A stretch of 64,000 nucleotides of DNA from contig JBBTRX010000002.1 in assembly GCA_038064975.1 (NCBI GenBank), forward strand, positions 128,880 through 192,879. The letters run 5' to 3'. This document shows positions 20,176-29,755 of the stretch, piece by piece (position 1 is the first letter of the stretch; each line of letters begins with the position of its first letter). This DNA comes from Patescibacteria group bacterium. GTDB lineage: Bacteria; Patescibacteriota; Minisyncoccia; UBA6257; 1-14-0-10-40-38. The notes under the pieces were generated by a model. The model was not told where the DNA came from. It did not search any database and saw only the letters and a program-made list of their open reading frames with translations. The position numbers and the translations under genes are program-made.

Positions 20176-20677
20176 AATTCTATATCGTATATTGATCGGA
20201 GTCGCAGTGTATGCCCCATCATTTGCTGTGGCATACGAACTTGTAACGCCAATTGGCGACAAAACATCGGTTTCAAGCCCGGGACAATATATTGAAATCT
20301 TTTATACCTACGGATTGGGCTTTGGAGCGCTCATTGCAGTCGCCATGATTACTTGGGGCGGAGTGGAATATACGGTTTCAGAATCGGTTGGCAGCAAAGA
20401 AGATGCAAAAGACAGAATAACCAACGCTATTCTCGGCCTTGCACTTTTACTTGTTGCAGCCCTTATTTTACAAACCATCAATCCTAATCTTTTAGAATTA
20501 AAGCTTCCAACATTTGAACGACCCTTGATTCAGCCTCGCCCCGAAGAAACATCGCTTTGCGGAACAGAAAATGAACAGTGCTCTCCTCCAAACTCGAATT
20601 TTTTCCTTCCACCAAGCGGACCCAACCTATGGTGTAACGCTAATTGCGAACGAGAGCCTCTAAATAACGATGAATAA
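20168..20677 (+). CDS. VirB2/TrbC-like pilin with Cys-containing C-terminal extension
   Basis: A..MITWGG.EY..S...KEDAKDRITNAILGL.LLL...LILQTINP.L. Confidence 0.8.
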   Translation: MNKILYRILIGVAVYAPSFAVAYELVTPIGDKTSVSSPGQYIEIFYTYGLGFGALIAVAMITWGGVEYTVSESVGSKEDAKDRITNAILGLALLLVAALILQTINPNLLELKLPTFERPLIQPRPEETSLCGTENEQCSPPNSNFFLPPSGPNLWCNANCEREPLNNDE

Positions 20678-20686
20678 TAATCATAT

Positions 20687-21763
20687 ATGCGCAGATTTCT
20701 CCTCATTGTTTCAATAATAATAATTATCGTCGTAGGCGGTTTTTTTGGATGGCAATTTTGGAAAAATAGAGCATCTCTCCAAGAGAATACCGTAACTAAT
20801 CTTCCGCCCATAGAGAGTATTTTCACTAAAGAATCGGCAAGTGCTCTTCTAAGCTACGCCACACTTGAGTCAGGCGCTCTATTTGGCGTAAAAGAAAATG
20901 GATCCGTGGTGAGTATGACGGAAAATGGAGAAGAAGAACTTTTCTCCCAAAACCTTAATAATGTAGTGAGTGCCACGTTTTCTCCAACAGGGGCTTACAT
21001 TCTCTTTGAGACGGCGGTAAATGGCCTCACTTCCCTTTCGGTGCTTGATGTTACAAATAAGACATGGAATCCCCTCCCAGGAGCCATATCTCTCGGAGCA
21101 TGGCATCCTAGTCAAGATCGTGTAGCGTACCTTAAAGGATCGCCCTCTCCAGCACTCGTTACTTTTGATATAAAAACGAAAAAAACGGCCGAAGTTATGC
21201 CGTTTTCCCTTCATGACGCAGTTCTCGCATGGAAAACTGCACAAGAAATATATATCACCGGACGACCAGCATCTTCCGTAACACAGGCTGCGTGGAGCGC
21301 CCGTATCGCGGATAAAACCATTCGCAAAATTATTCCCGAAACCCCTGCGCTGGATACGCTATGGAGCAAGGATGGAGTGCGTGCGCTCTTTATGGGAAAA
21401 TCTGGACGGAATCACACGCTCTTCCTAACGAATCTCGCAGAAGAAACCGCCCTAGAAAATTTTGCAAACACGCTTCCTTCAAAGTGTGTGATTGAAGGCA
21501 CTACTGTTTTTTGTGGAATACCCAACAGCATTCCTTCCGGTTCGCTTCTCCCCGATGACTATGAAGCGAGAATGTTTTATACCGAAGACGCGATATTTTC
21601 TTGGGATATTATTTCGGGCACGGTTACTCGCATAGACACGCCGGACATAATCTCCGTAGACGTTTACAAACCTACACTACGAGGTGATCGATTATTTTTC
21701 TTGAATCGTTACGACCGTCTCCTCTACTCTCTTCCGATAAAAGAACTAGAATCTAGTAATTAG
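20687..21763 (+). CDS. Membrane-anchored beta-propeller protein
   Basis: N-terminal TM; FSPTG, WHPS, WSKDG blade motifs. Confidence 0.7.
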   Translation: MRRFLLIVSIIIIIVVGGFFGWQFWKNRASLQENTVTNLPPIESIFTKESASALLSYATLESGALFGVKENGSVVSMTENGEEELFSQNLNNVVSATFSPTGAYILFETAVNGLTSLSVLDVTNKTWNPLPGAISLGAWHPSQDRVAYLKGSPSPALVTFDIKTKKTAEVMPFSLHDAVLAWKTAQEIYITGRPASSVTQAAWSARIADKTIRKIIPETPALDTLWSKDGVRALFMGKSGRNHTLFLTNLAEETALENFANTLPSKCVIEGTTVFCGIPNSIPSGSLLPDDYEARMFYTEDAIFSWDIISGTVTRIDTPDIISVDVYKPTLRGDRLFFLNRYDRLLYSLPIKELESSN

Positions 21764-21813
21764 CATCTAGAAATTAGTAGTGCTGAATTTATTTTAAAAA
21801 ATTATCGCAACTC

Positions 21814-21936
21814 AAGCGAGTATTCTTTTTTGAAACTACTCGCATACCTTATGACGCCGTAAAGTGAGTATTCTTTTTCAAAACTACTCGCAGTCGCGAT
21901 AGCGGCGAGGACCTAGTTTTGAAAAAGAATGCGAGC
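21814..21936. repeat. REP-like hairpin repeat (partial + full unit)
   Basis: Perfect 17-bp stem ATTCTTTTTCAAAACTA/TAGTTTTGAAAAAGAAT; matches 5547-5640. Confidence 0.8.
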
Positions 21937-22367
21937 TACGCTATAGGCCGAATAACAACGCATCGTTCTTTTCCTTCGCCTTCGCTTTCAGTTTTTACGT
22001 CGGGCCGCACTGCAAGCTCTACATGGATGAGACGGCGTTCGTATGCATTCATTGCTGGAAGCCGTATCTCTTTGCTTTCAGTCACCACCTTCCGTGCCGC
22101 GGCTTTCGCGAGCTCCACGATAATCTGTTCGCGATCTTTCCGATAATTATTAATATCTACGTAAAAATAATCCGCACTTTCCTTTTTAGCAAACAACCGA
22201 ACGATGTGCTCAAGATTGCCGACAAGTGTGGGGATCCATTTTTTAATCCACTCCCCTTCGTTTAAAAAAACATCTATCTTTCTATTATCTAAATCAAAAT
22301 GAACCGCCGGATCGCGAAATCCTCCAAATTCAAACAATTTTTTTATCTGGTCCTGAAAGTGATCCAT
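21936..22367 (-). CDS. jag: Jag/EloR-like KH-R3H RNA-binding protein
   Basis: VDINNYR, LPAMNAYERRLIHVEL, TESEGEG..RCVVI; follows yidC. Confidence 0.9.
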   Translation of the reverse strand: MDHFQDQIKKLFEFGGFRDPAVHFDLDNRKIDVFLNEGEWIKKWIPTLVGNLEHIVRLFAKKESADYFYVDINNYRKDREQIIVELAKAAARKVVTESKEIRLPAMNAYERRLIHVELAVRPDVKTESEGEGKERCVVIRPIA

Positions 22368-23064
22368 AGTTAAGAGTCCGATTGATAAGCATCTGCTGGA
22401 ATATAGAAAATGCCGATGTCGCTATCCAGTAGAGGCCGATTGCCGCAGGAAGTGATTGAAGGATTATAACAGTAATTACGGGGCCAATAAAGACCATATT
22501 CCTCGCAATCTTCTCCGCCGGAGAAAGCTCTTTTTTAGGATCGCGCTGCGAAAGTGAGAGCTTACCCTGGATATATTGAGCGACTGCCGCCAAGCCGACG
22601 ATGAGTATATTAGATTCGCTTATATTTATCAAGCCAATAAACATGTCATGAATTGCTTCCGGACGGTGAATAAAACTATATAAACCTTGGAACGCTACTT
22701 CTGAAAATCCTGTTAGAAAAACTTTATAAAGTGCGATGAGAATTGGAAGTTGGAGAAAAAGAAGGAAGAAGCCGGAAAAAGGATTTACGTTGTGAAGCTT
22801 ATAGAGCGCAAGAAGCGCCTGCGCTTGGGACTCACGATTATGCTTGTGATCGTCCTGTATTTTTTTTATTTCCGGCTGAATGCGCTGTAAAATAATTTGA
22901 TTCTTAAAGCTTTTATAGAAAATGGGATAGAGTATTATCCGGATAATTACCGTAAGGAGAATAATCGCAATACCGATGTCTTCTATCGCTACAGTGTTAT
23001 ATAAAAAAACGAGCCCGTTAAAAAGCGGCCGCGTTAAAAATTCATGGAAAAGAGTTGAGATCAT
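22330..23064 (-). CDS. yidC: Membrane insertase YidC
   Basis: GIAIILLT.IIR.IL.P, IQPEIKKIQ, VNPFSG, QLPILIALY, PAAIGLYW. Confidence 0.95.
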   Translation of the reverse strand: MISTLFHEFLTRPLFNGLVFLYNTVAIEDIGIAIILLTVIIRIILYPIFYKSFKNQIILQRIQPEIKKIQDDHKHNRESQAQALLALYKLHNVNPFSGFFLLFLQLPILIALYKVFLTGFSEVAFQGLYSFIHRPEAIHDMFIGLINISESNILIVGLAAVAQYIQGKLSLSQRDPKKELSPAEKIARNMVFIGPVITVIILQSLPAAIGLYWIATSAFSIFQQMLINRTLNYGSLSGPDKKIV

Positions 23065-23067
23065 ACG

Positions 23068-23385
23068 TTAGAGTGTTTTTAATATCTGCCCCAATTCTCC
23101 GTCAACTTCCTCTTGAGTGAGTTTCTCGGACCCAGCAAGCGCAAGAACGATAATATCTAATGGCTCGCTCAAATACAAAAAGGATCGAAGCGATTCATAT
23201 ATTTTTCTTTTCAAAATATTTCTCTCTACTGCCTTCTTAGAAATTTTTTTACTCACAATAACACCGAATTTTGTATCCCCCTCTTTCCGCTCGTACGCTT
23301 TCACTAAAAAATGAGGAAGTTTTTTGGATTTCCCCGGTTTTTTTGGAATTGATTGGATACTCGCCTTCCTTTTCTTGGGTATCAC
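23068..23385 (-). CDS. rnpA: RNase P protein
   Basis: FGVIVSKKISKKAVERNILKR; position after rpmH. Confidence 0.9.
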   Translation of the reverse strand: MIPKKRKASIQSIPKKPGKSKKLPHFLVKAYERKEGDTKFGVIVSKKISKKAVERNILKRKIYESLRSFLYLSEPLDIIVLALAGSEKLTQEEVDGELGQILKTL

Positions 23386-23397
23386 AAGCGTGCGCGG

Positions 23398-23532
23398 TTA
23401 CACCGTTACCCGAGCTCTTCCCTTTTTCCGCCTCCGTGCAAGCACTTTCTTTCCGCTCGCAGAGCGGGAACGCTTCAAATACCCGTGAGTTCTTGCCCGT
23501 TTGCGCTTTTTTGGCTGATAGGTTCTTGACAT
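23398..23532 (-). CDS. rpmH: 50S ribosomal protein L34
   Basis: Manual translation [44 protein letters not shown] (below ORF-track cutoff). Confidence 0.97.
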   Translation of the reverse strand: MSRTYQPKKRKRARTHGYLKRSRSASGKKVLARRRKKGRARVTV

Positions 23533-23632
23533 AGATCCTGTTAAGATTTTTTATTTCGTTTTTACTAGACCAATCATACGCCTTTGATGTATTTTTATCA
23601 ATATGAGAGAAAAAAGCTCTTATGATTCCAGG

Positions 23633-23662
23633 TGTAGATGAGTTGTCCACAGGAAATCCACA
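23633..23662. promoter_or_regulatory. DnaA-box-like sites upstream of dnaA
   Basis: TTGTCCACA (23643-23651), AAATCCACA (23654-23662). Confidence 0.55.
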
Positions 23663-23777
23663 TGTTCACCACATTTGCGTTTTTGCTTGCTGTCACGAAC
23701 AGGAATACAATGAGTCATAACCTGAAAGGGTTGCAGGAATTCCATCCTGTACAATGCGAGTTACAACAACCCCATCT

Positions 23778-25142
23778 ATGAATCTCGAACAAGTCTGGCA
23801 AAATGCGCTCGCTGAAATAGAATTGCAAATTTCCCGTCCAAATTTCGTTACTTGGTTTACACATAGCCAGCTCATAGAGAAAGAAGCGGGGGTTGCGCTC
23901 GTTGCCTTACCAAATCATTTTTCAAAAGAATGGATAGAGAATAGATATTACAATGTAATCTTGGGAGCGCTCCGGAATCACGACGATTCTACAAAGAAAA
24001 TTGAGTTTATTGTTGCTTCTCACAATGATTCTGCAATAAAAAAGTCTCTTGCAGCGAAAAAAGAGAAAAAAGAAGACTCTGCGGGCCAATTAAGCTTCAC
24101 GGAATTCAAAATTGACCCTGATACCAATCTTAATCCTCGATATACCTTCGAAACATTCGTTGTGGGGAAATCGAACGAGCTTGCCCACGCTGCGGCGCAG
24201 GCAGTTATCACGGAGGTTGGGTCAAAATACAATCCCCTCTTCGTCTATGGGGGCGTGGGGCTCGGTAAGACGCATCTCATGCAAGCCGTCGGCAATGAAA
24301 TTAAACGCGTATATAGTAATAAGTATAAAGTAAAATATGTTTCGTCTGAAAAATTCACGAACGACGTTATTTGGGCAATCCGTAATAAGCGGATGGAAAC
24401 TATTAAAGAGAAATATCGACTTGTTGATGTTTTAATTATTGATGATATTCAGTTCATTGCAGGAAAGCCCGCAACCGAAGAGGAATTCTTCTATACGTTT
24501 AACGCGCTCTATGAGCAAAATAAGCAAATTGTTATTTCTTCCGATCGACCGCCGAAATTCATTCCAACCCTAGAAGATCGTTTAAGTTCAAGATTCCAGG
24601 GGGGTATGCAGGTGGATATCAGCTTCCCCGACTATGAGCTTAGATCGGCTATTGTTCGTACAAAACTGCAGGAAAAAGCGGTGTTATTAGGGGATGAGGT
24701 GATTAACACTATTGCCGAGAAAATACAGAAGAATATAAGGGAATTAGAGGGTATTTTGAATAAAATCATCTTTTATCAGAGTAGAGGTGAAGAAATAACT
24801 CCGAAATTCGCCGAGAAGATAATCAACGAAAGCATCCAAGAACCTACTAAAAACATCAATCCAAATCAGATCCTTAAGGCAGTCGCAGACTTTTATGAGA
24901 TTTCTCCAAACGACCTTATTAATCGCTCCAGAAAGAAAGAAATAGCTGAATCGCGACAGATTGCTATGTATCTCCTCCGCGAAGTATTAAGCCTCTCGTA
25001 TCCGTTTATTGGGAATAAATTAGGAAAGCGCGATCATACAACAGCAATCTATGCGTACGAAAAGATTGCCCAAGAAATGCAAAAGAATCAGAATTTAAAC
25101 CAAAAAATTCTCACAATTAAGGAAATGATTAATAGAGAATAG
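23778..25142 (+). CDS. dnaA: Chromosomal replication initiator DnaA
   Basis: LNPRYTFETFVVG.SN, YNPLFVYGGVGLGKTHL, IIDDIQF, RELEG, RDHTT. Confidence 0.98.
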   Translation: MNLEQVWQNALAEIELQISRPNFVTWFTHSQLIEKEAGVALVALPNHFSKEWIENRYYNVILGALRNHDDSTKKIEFIVASHNDSAIKKSLAAKKEKKEDSAGQLSFTEFKIDPDTNLNPRYTFETFVVGKSNELAHAAAQAVITEVGSKYNPLFVYGGVGLGKTHLMQAVGNEIKRVYSNKYKVKYVSSEKFTNDVIWAIRNKRMETIKEKYRLVDVLIIDDIQFIAGKPATEEEFFYTFNALYEQNKQIVISSDRPPKFIPTLEDRLSSRFQGGMQVDISFPDYELRSAIVRTKLQEKAVLLGDEVINTIAEKIQKNIRELEGILNKIIFYQSRGEEITPKFAEKIINESIQEPTKNINPNQILKAVADFYEISPNDLINRSRKKEIAESRQIAMYLLREVLSLSYPFIGNKLGKRDHTTAIYAYEKIAQEMQKNQNLNQKILTIKEMINRE

Positions 25143-25338
25143 GCTGTGGAAACAATAAGGATTAAAAGATGAATAATATGTGAATAATCTAGTCATTTAG
25201 AAAACACCTAAAAGTTATACGCTTTCTCTTCCAACATCTCTCACTAACTATCCACAAGCATCCAACCCGAAATTCTCTATACTCTACTTCACTTAAATTC
25301 ACATCATCCACATATTCACTCCCTCTACTGCTACTGCT
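25143..25338. other. oriC unwinding region (DnaA boxes + DnaA-trio-like repeats)
   Basis: TGTGAATAA 25179, CTATCCACA 25248, AAATTCACA 25295, TCATCCACA 25304, then CCCT-CTA-CTG-CTA-CTG-CTA. Confidence 0.8.
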
Positions 25339-26454
25339 ATGAAATTAATTATATTAAGAAATAACATAAGAGAAGGGCTCTCTATAATAGAACGGGCTGT
25401 GGGGGACGATGCGAATCTTCCAATACTTAAGAATGTTTTAATTAAAGCCGAGTCGGGAAATAAACTTTCTCTTTCCGCGACAAATCTTGAAATAGGGATT
25501 GATGCGTGGATAACGGGAAAAATTATTGAGGAGGGAAACATAACCGTTCCATTCGCAACACTTCATACTGTTATTGGGAATAGCGATAGCGATAGAATTA
25601 ATATGGAAACGAAAGGCGATAATTTAATGATTAAGACGGATAATTATGACGCGACAATACAAGGCCTTCCTCCTGAAGATTTTCCAATTATTCCAAAAAT
25701 AGAAAATAAAGAACTTTCTATAGAAATCAAAGCTTTTACGTTTAAAGATGCATTACAAGAAATTATTAGTGCGGCACAGATTTCTGAAATACGCCCGGAA
25801 ATAAGTGGTATTTTATTTGATTTCCAACTTACGGCTATTAAACTCGTTGCAACTGATAGCTTCCGCCTTGCTGAGAAAACGTTGTTTAATAATCAATTTC
25901 AAACCAATATTAAGCATGGGTATAAAATTATTATCCCTCTTAAAACAGTTCATGAAGTTATTCGATCATTTAAAGATGATGATATTTTAACGATTCAAAT
26001 TGATCCTCATCAGATTCTTTTTAAGACGCAAGCGCACCAAATTATTTCACGATTAATTAACGGAACATATCCGGATTACGAACAAATTATTCCCAAAGTT
26101 ATCGAAAATGAGATTGTAGTAAATCGTGAAAAACTTTTAAATGCTGTAAAGCTTGTTGGGAATTTTTCCGGAAAATCAAACGATATCCAGATGCGAGTAA
26201 AAAATGGAATAAGCACATTAGAAGTTTTTTCTATCCATCAGCATCTCGGTGAAAATTCCTATCTTATTCCTATTAAAGCAAAAAAAGAAATTAATGAATT
26301 AAGTTTTAATTGGAAATATTTATTTGACGGACTTAAAGCTTTAAAAGGAGAAATTATTATCTTAGGTATTAATGGGGATGCAAAGCCGGCGATATTAAAA
26401 CCACAAGAAGATGCTTCGTATTTCTATCTCGCAATGCCGATTAAATCTACTTAA
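25339..26454 (+). CDS. dnaN: DNA polymerase III beta clamp
   Basis: LPILKNVLI, SATNLEIGI, DFPIIP, VATDSFRLAE, SRLINGTYPDYEQIIP, YLAMPI. Confidence 0.97.
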   Translation: MKLIILRNNIREGLSIIERAVGDDANLPILKNVLIKAESGNKLSLSATNLEIGIDAWITGKIIEEGNITVPFATLHTVIGNSDSDRINMETKGDNLMIKTDNYDATIQGLPPEDFPIIPKIENKELSIEIKAFTFKDALQEIISAAQISEIRPEISGILFDFQLTAIKLVATDSFRLAEKTLFNNQFQTNIKHGYKIIIPLKTVHEVIRSFKDDDILTIQIDPHQILFKTQAHQIISRLINGTYPDYEQIIPKVIENEIVVNREKLLNAVKLVGNFSGKSNDIQMRVKNGISTLEVFSIHQHLGENSYLIPIKAKKEINELSFNWKYLFDGLKALKGEIIILGINGDAKPAILKPQEDASYFYLAMPIKST

Positions 26455-28888
26455 AGAGAATAACTTGATCACTAAGTACGGTATTCCCTTCTAGAGTTAT
26501 AGTAATCTTAAGTAGGTTTTGGAGTTCAATGTTTTGAGGAGTAAAGGTATAGGTGAATATGTTTTGTTGAGGTAAAGATCCTGAAACAGAATACACAAGT
26601 TGATTGTTGAAATATAATTCACTTTTTAGAATATTTTTCTGAGTTGTAACTGCGGCCTGTACTGATACTTGGTTTGAAATAAATGATCCAGATTGTGGGC
26701 TCGTTATACTAATACTAGAATCACTGTTTTCTATAAAATTAGTTTCCCCGGTTCCCACAAGTACACTATTAGAAGGTAATGGCTCATTGATATTATTTTT
26801 ATCTCCAGGGTATGAATTGTATATCCATTGCATAACCGGAGCCTCCCAATTCTTAAATTGGGAATCAGTACTCTTCTCTCTTGGTTCTCTCCCTTCCGGA
26901 TTTTCTTTATCTACATAAAAGAGAATGTCGTGTATTTGAGGAAATAGTTTATTTTCTGATTGATATGTAACGACATACTCCCCTTTTAACATAGGTTTAA
27001 GGGTATTTGTACTTAGTGGTTTAGGAAATGATTCTGACGGAACTTTCGTGAATGCGTCGACTGCAAAGGAGTGCCACATCGGCAAGGCAGCGAGAATGCT
27101 TCCTCCCTGTTGTTGCATAGGGGTATTATCGTTATTACCTGCCCAGACGCCAACCACGAGGCCGGGCGTATATCCAATCGTCCATGCGTCGCGATAATCG
27201 TTCGTAGTTCCGGTTTTTAACGCTACATCATGATTAGGAAGTGTTGTAAGAGAAAAACTACTTACAAAAAGTCCGCGCCGTGCGTCAGGATCGGATAATA
27301 TGTCATTTACCATCCGGATGTATTGTTCATCCATTACTCGCGTTTCTTCAGGAGTGAATTTTTCCAATATCTTATTTTTAGTTGAGATTTCAAGAATCAT
27401 ACTTTGCCTTGTTTTTATTCCATTGTGCGCAAAAACAGAATATGCGCCTACGAGATCAATGAGGCGTACTTCCCCGCCTCCCAGGACGAGGGAGAGGCCA
27501 TAGCGGTTATTCTCTGTAAGTGTAGTTAGTCCAAAATCCCGCGCATTATTAAGCGCGTTATTCATTCCTGAAAGATATAATGTTTTTACTGCCGGTACGT
27601 TAATGGATTGGGCAAGCGCTGTACGGAGAGTAACAGGTCCTCGAAAGGTGCCGTCGTAGTTATTCGGCGAATAGCTTTTCTCGGGAACACCCGTCGTGTC
27701 AAATTCTGTAGGCAGATCAAAGACTACTGTACTCGGTGTATATCCTCGCTCAAATGCTGTTGCATAGACTAACGGTTTAATCGCTGATCCTGGTTGGCGG
27801 AGACCTTGTATAGCAACATTAAAATTTCCATCATTATCTACATCAAAATAATTTCTAGATCCTACAAGCGCTAAAATTTCTCCTGTTTTAGGATCTTGAG
27901 CAACTAGAGCCCCGTTTTTTCCTTGATACAAATCCTCATTCCGTTTTACCCCCTCCTCAATGACGCGCTCAGCGGTTTGTTGAAGGTCCCAATCAAGAGT
28001 GGTAATGACTTTGAGCCCGTTTACGCGCACGAAATCCTCGCCGTAAGTTTTATTAAGATACTCCTGAACGGTGATAACGAAGTGTGGCGCTTTAATACCG
28101 AGCGATGGTTTTTTAAACGCAAGTACTTCTACCTGGGCGTCGCGAGCTTCTTCTTGAGTTATAAAACCAAGCTGTGCCATGCGATCTAAAACGGTATTTT
28201 TCCGTTCAGTGAGATCGTCAATATGAGAGCCCCATGGAGAATAATACGAGGGAGCTTGAGGAAGACTTACGAGGAGTGCTATTTCCGCAAGCGTAAGATT
28301 TTCCACGTCTTTTTCAAAGAAAGTCTGACTCGCTGCCTGGATTCCATATGCATTAGATCCATAGGGGATTTGGTTGAGATAGGATGCAAGAATCTGGTCT
28401 TTGGTAAAACGCTTTTCTAAACGGATGGCAAGAAATAACTCTTTTATTTTTCTTGTAATAATTTTGTCGTCAGAGAGAAAGGCCTTTTTTGCGAGCTGTT
28501 GAGTTATGGTTGAACCGCCCTGTGCGAATCTTCCTTCTTTAATATTAACGAAAAAAGCTCGGATGATTGATGATACATCAATTGCGCCGTGTTCATAAAA
28601 GCCAGCATCTTCAATGGCTATAGTGGCTTGTTTGATGTGTTCCGGAATCCTAGCAGAAGGGATGATTGTTCTCCGTTCTTCCCCGTGAATTTCATAGAGG
28701 AGAACTTCTCCTGTTCGATCATATATTTTTGTTGATTCCGCGATAATCCTGTTTTCTAAAAGATCTGGTGAGGGTAAGGAGATATAAAGGATGCCTATCC
28801 AGAGAACAACGCCGAGAGCAAAAACCCCGGCGATGCCAGTTGTTGAGAGGAGAAACTTTTTTACTTCTTTACGTGAAGGGCGTCTCAT
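26447..28888 (-). CDS. Class A penicillin-binding protein (transglycosylase-transpeptidase)
   Basis: EDAGFYEHG, GGSTITQQLAK, RKIKE; SAIK, SIN, KTGT; start uncertain. Confidence 0.95.
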   Translation of the reverse strand: MRRPSRKEVKKFLLSTTGIAGVFALGVVLWIGILYISLPSPDLLENRIIAESTKIYDRTGEVLLYEIHGEERRTIIPSARIPEHIKQATIAIEDAGFYEHGAIDVSSIIRAFFVNIKEGRFAQGGSTITQQLAKKAFLSDDKIITRKIKELFLAIRLEKRFTKDQILASYLNQIPYGSNAYGIQAASQTFFEKDVENLTLAEIALLVSLPQAPSYYSPWGSHIDDLTERKNTVLDRMAQLGFITQEEARDAQVEVLAFKKPSLGIKAPHFVITVQEYLNKTYGEDFVRVNGLKVITTLDWDLQQTAERVIEEGVKRNEDLYQGKNGALVAQDPKTGEILALVGSRNYFDVDNDGNFNVAIQGLRQPGSAIKPLVYATAFERGYTPSTVVFDLPTEFDTTGVPEKSYSPNNYDGTFRGPVTLRTALAQSINVPAVKTLYLSGMNNALNNARDFGLTTLTENNRYGLSLVLGGGEVRLIDLVGAYSVFAHNGIKTRQSMILEISTKNKILEKFTPEETRVMDEQYIRMVNDILSDPDARRGLFVSSFSLTTLPNHDVALKTGTTNDYRDAWTIGYTPGLVVGVWAGNNDNTPMQQQGGSILAALPMWHSFAVDAFTKVPSESFPKPLSTNTLKPMLKGEYVVTYQSENKLFPQIHDILFYVDKENPEGREPREKSTDSQFKNWEAPVMQWIYNSYPGDKNNINEPLPSNSVLVGTGETNFIENSDSSISITSPQSGSFISNQVSVQAAVTTQKNILKSELYFNNQLVYSVSGSLPQQNIFTYTFTPQNIELQNLLKITITLEGNTVLSDQVILFK

Positions 28889-28980
28889 TGAAATACTCAA
28901 CATATTAAACCAGAAATTGTAACAAAGCAAAACCCCCAGAGAGCTGGGGGCGCTGCATATATACTGGAGAAACTTAGCTT

Positions 28981-29181
28981 CTAATACTCCGGATCGTTTA
29001 ATCCTAATCCTAATCCATCCTCTTTTTCCTCTTCTTCATCAAGATCTTCTCCGAGTTCTCCTTCTTCGTCCTCCTCTTCCTCGTCTGCATCTTCATCTAA
29101 ATCGTCATCATCTGCCATCTTGAGCGTTTCGTCTAAGACGAGTTCTTCTCCCAAGAGGCGGCGTTGTAATACTTTTTCCAT
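28981..29181 (-). CDS. Small highly acidic protein
   Basis: Long D/E run; TTGACA-16-TATAAT promoter (29255-29228) and hairpin terminator (~28929-28951). Confidence 0.65.
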   Translation of the reverse strand: MEKVLQRRLLGEELVLDETLKMADDDDLDEDADEEEEDEEGELGEDLDEEEEKEDGLGLGLNDPEY

Positions 29182-29269
29182 GGTGTCTGCAAGGTGTAAA
29201 CGACCTTTTGTTTTTATTATTCAACTCATTATAGAAATGTATTTTCCTTTGTCAATTGTGAACAGGTAT

Positions 29270-29755
29270 TCACAGTTGGCCAAGGCGTTCCCGTTTGAGG
29301 AGCGATGAAGTCGCAATCGCGATTGCAAGCGCATCGCTTGCATCATCATGGCCTTTAACCTCGTCCATAGTTAATATCTTTTTTACCATCTTTGCAACCA
29401 TGAGCTTATCCGCAGCTCCGTAGCCTGCAACGGAAAGCTTTACATCCCCCGGTCGTATTTCATAAATAGGGAGGCCAGCCTCTTGGGCGATAAAGAGCAT
29501 TGCTCCTCTCGCCTCAGAAACAGAAAGGGCGGTTTTTTGATTTTTTGCGAAATAAATAGTTTCAATACCGATGACTTCAGGATTATGCCTTTTAATAAGT
29601 TCGCGGAGTGCAACGCCCAGTTCGTAAATTCTTGCGATTCCTTTAGATGTTGTTTCAATTACGCCATACGTTATCGGCGAAAGAACTCCTTTTGTATCAT
29701 CTACAAGGCCATAGCCGATGCGGACTGTTCCCGGATCAATGCCGAGAATTCTCAT
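29270..29755 (-). CDS. ruvC: Holliday junction resolvase RuvC
   Basis: ILGIDPG, IE.IYF.KN, EARG, VKLSVAGYGAADK, DDASDALAIA. Confidence 0.97.
   Translation of the reverse strand: MRILGIDPGTVRIGYGLVDDTKGVLSPITYGVIETTSKGIARIYELGVALRELIKRHNPEVIGIETIYFAKNQKTALSVSEARGAMLFIAQEAGLPIYEIRPGDVKLSVAGYGAADKLMVAKMVKKILTMDEVKGHDDASDALAIAIATSSLLKRERLGQL

Noticed and set aside
23249-23650. 133-aa minus-strand ORF
   Set aside because: Overlaps rpmH and rnpA in another frame.
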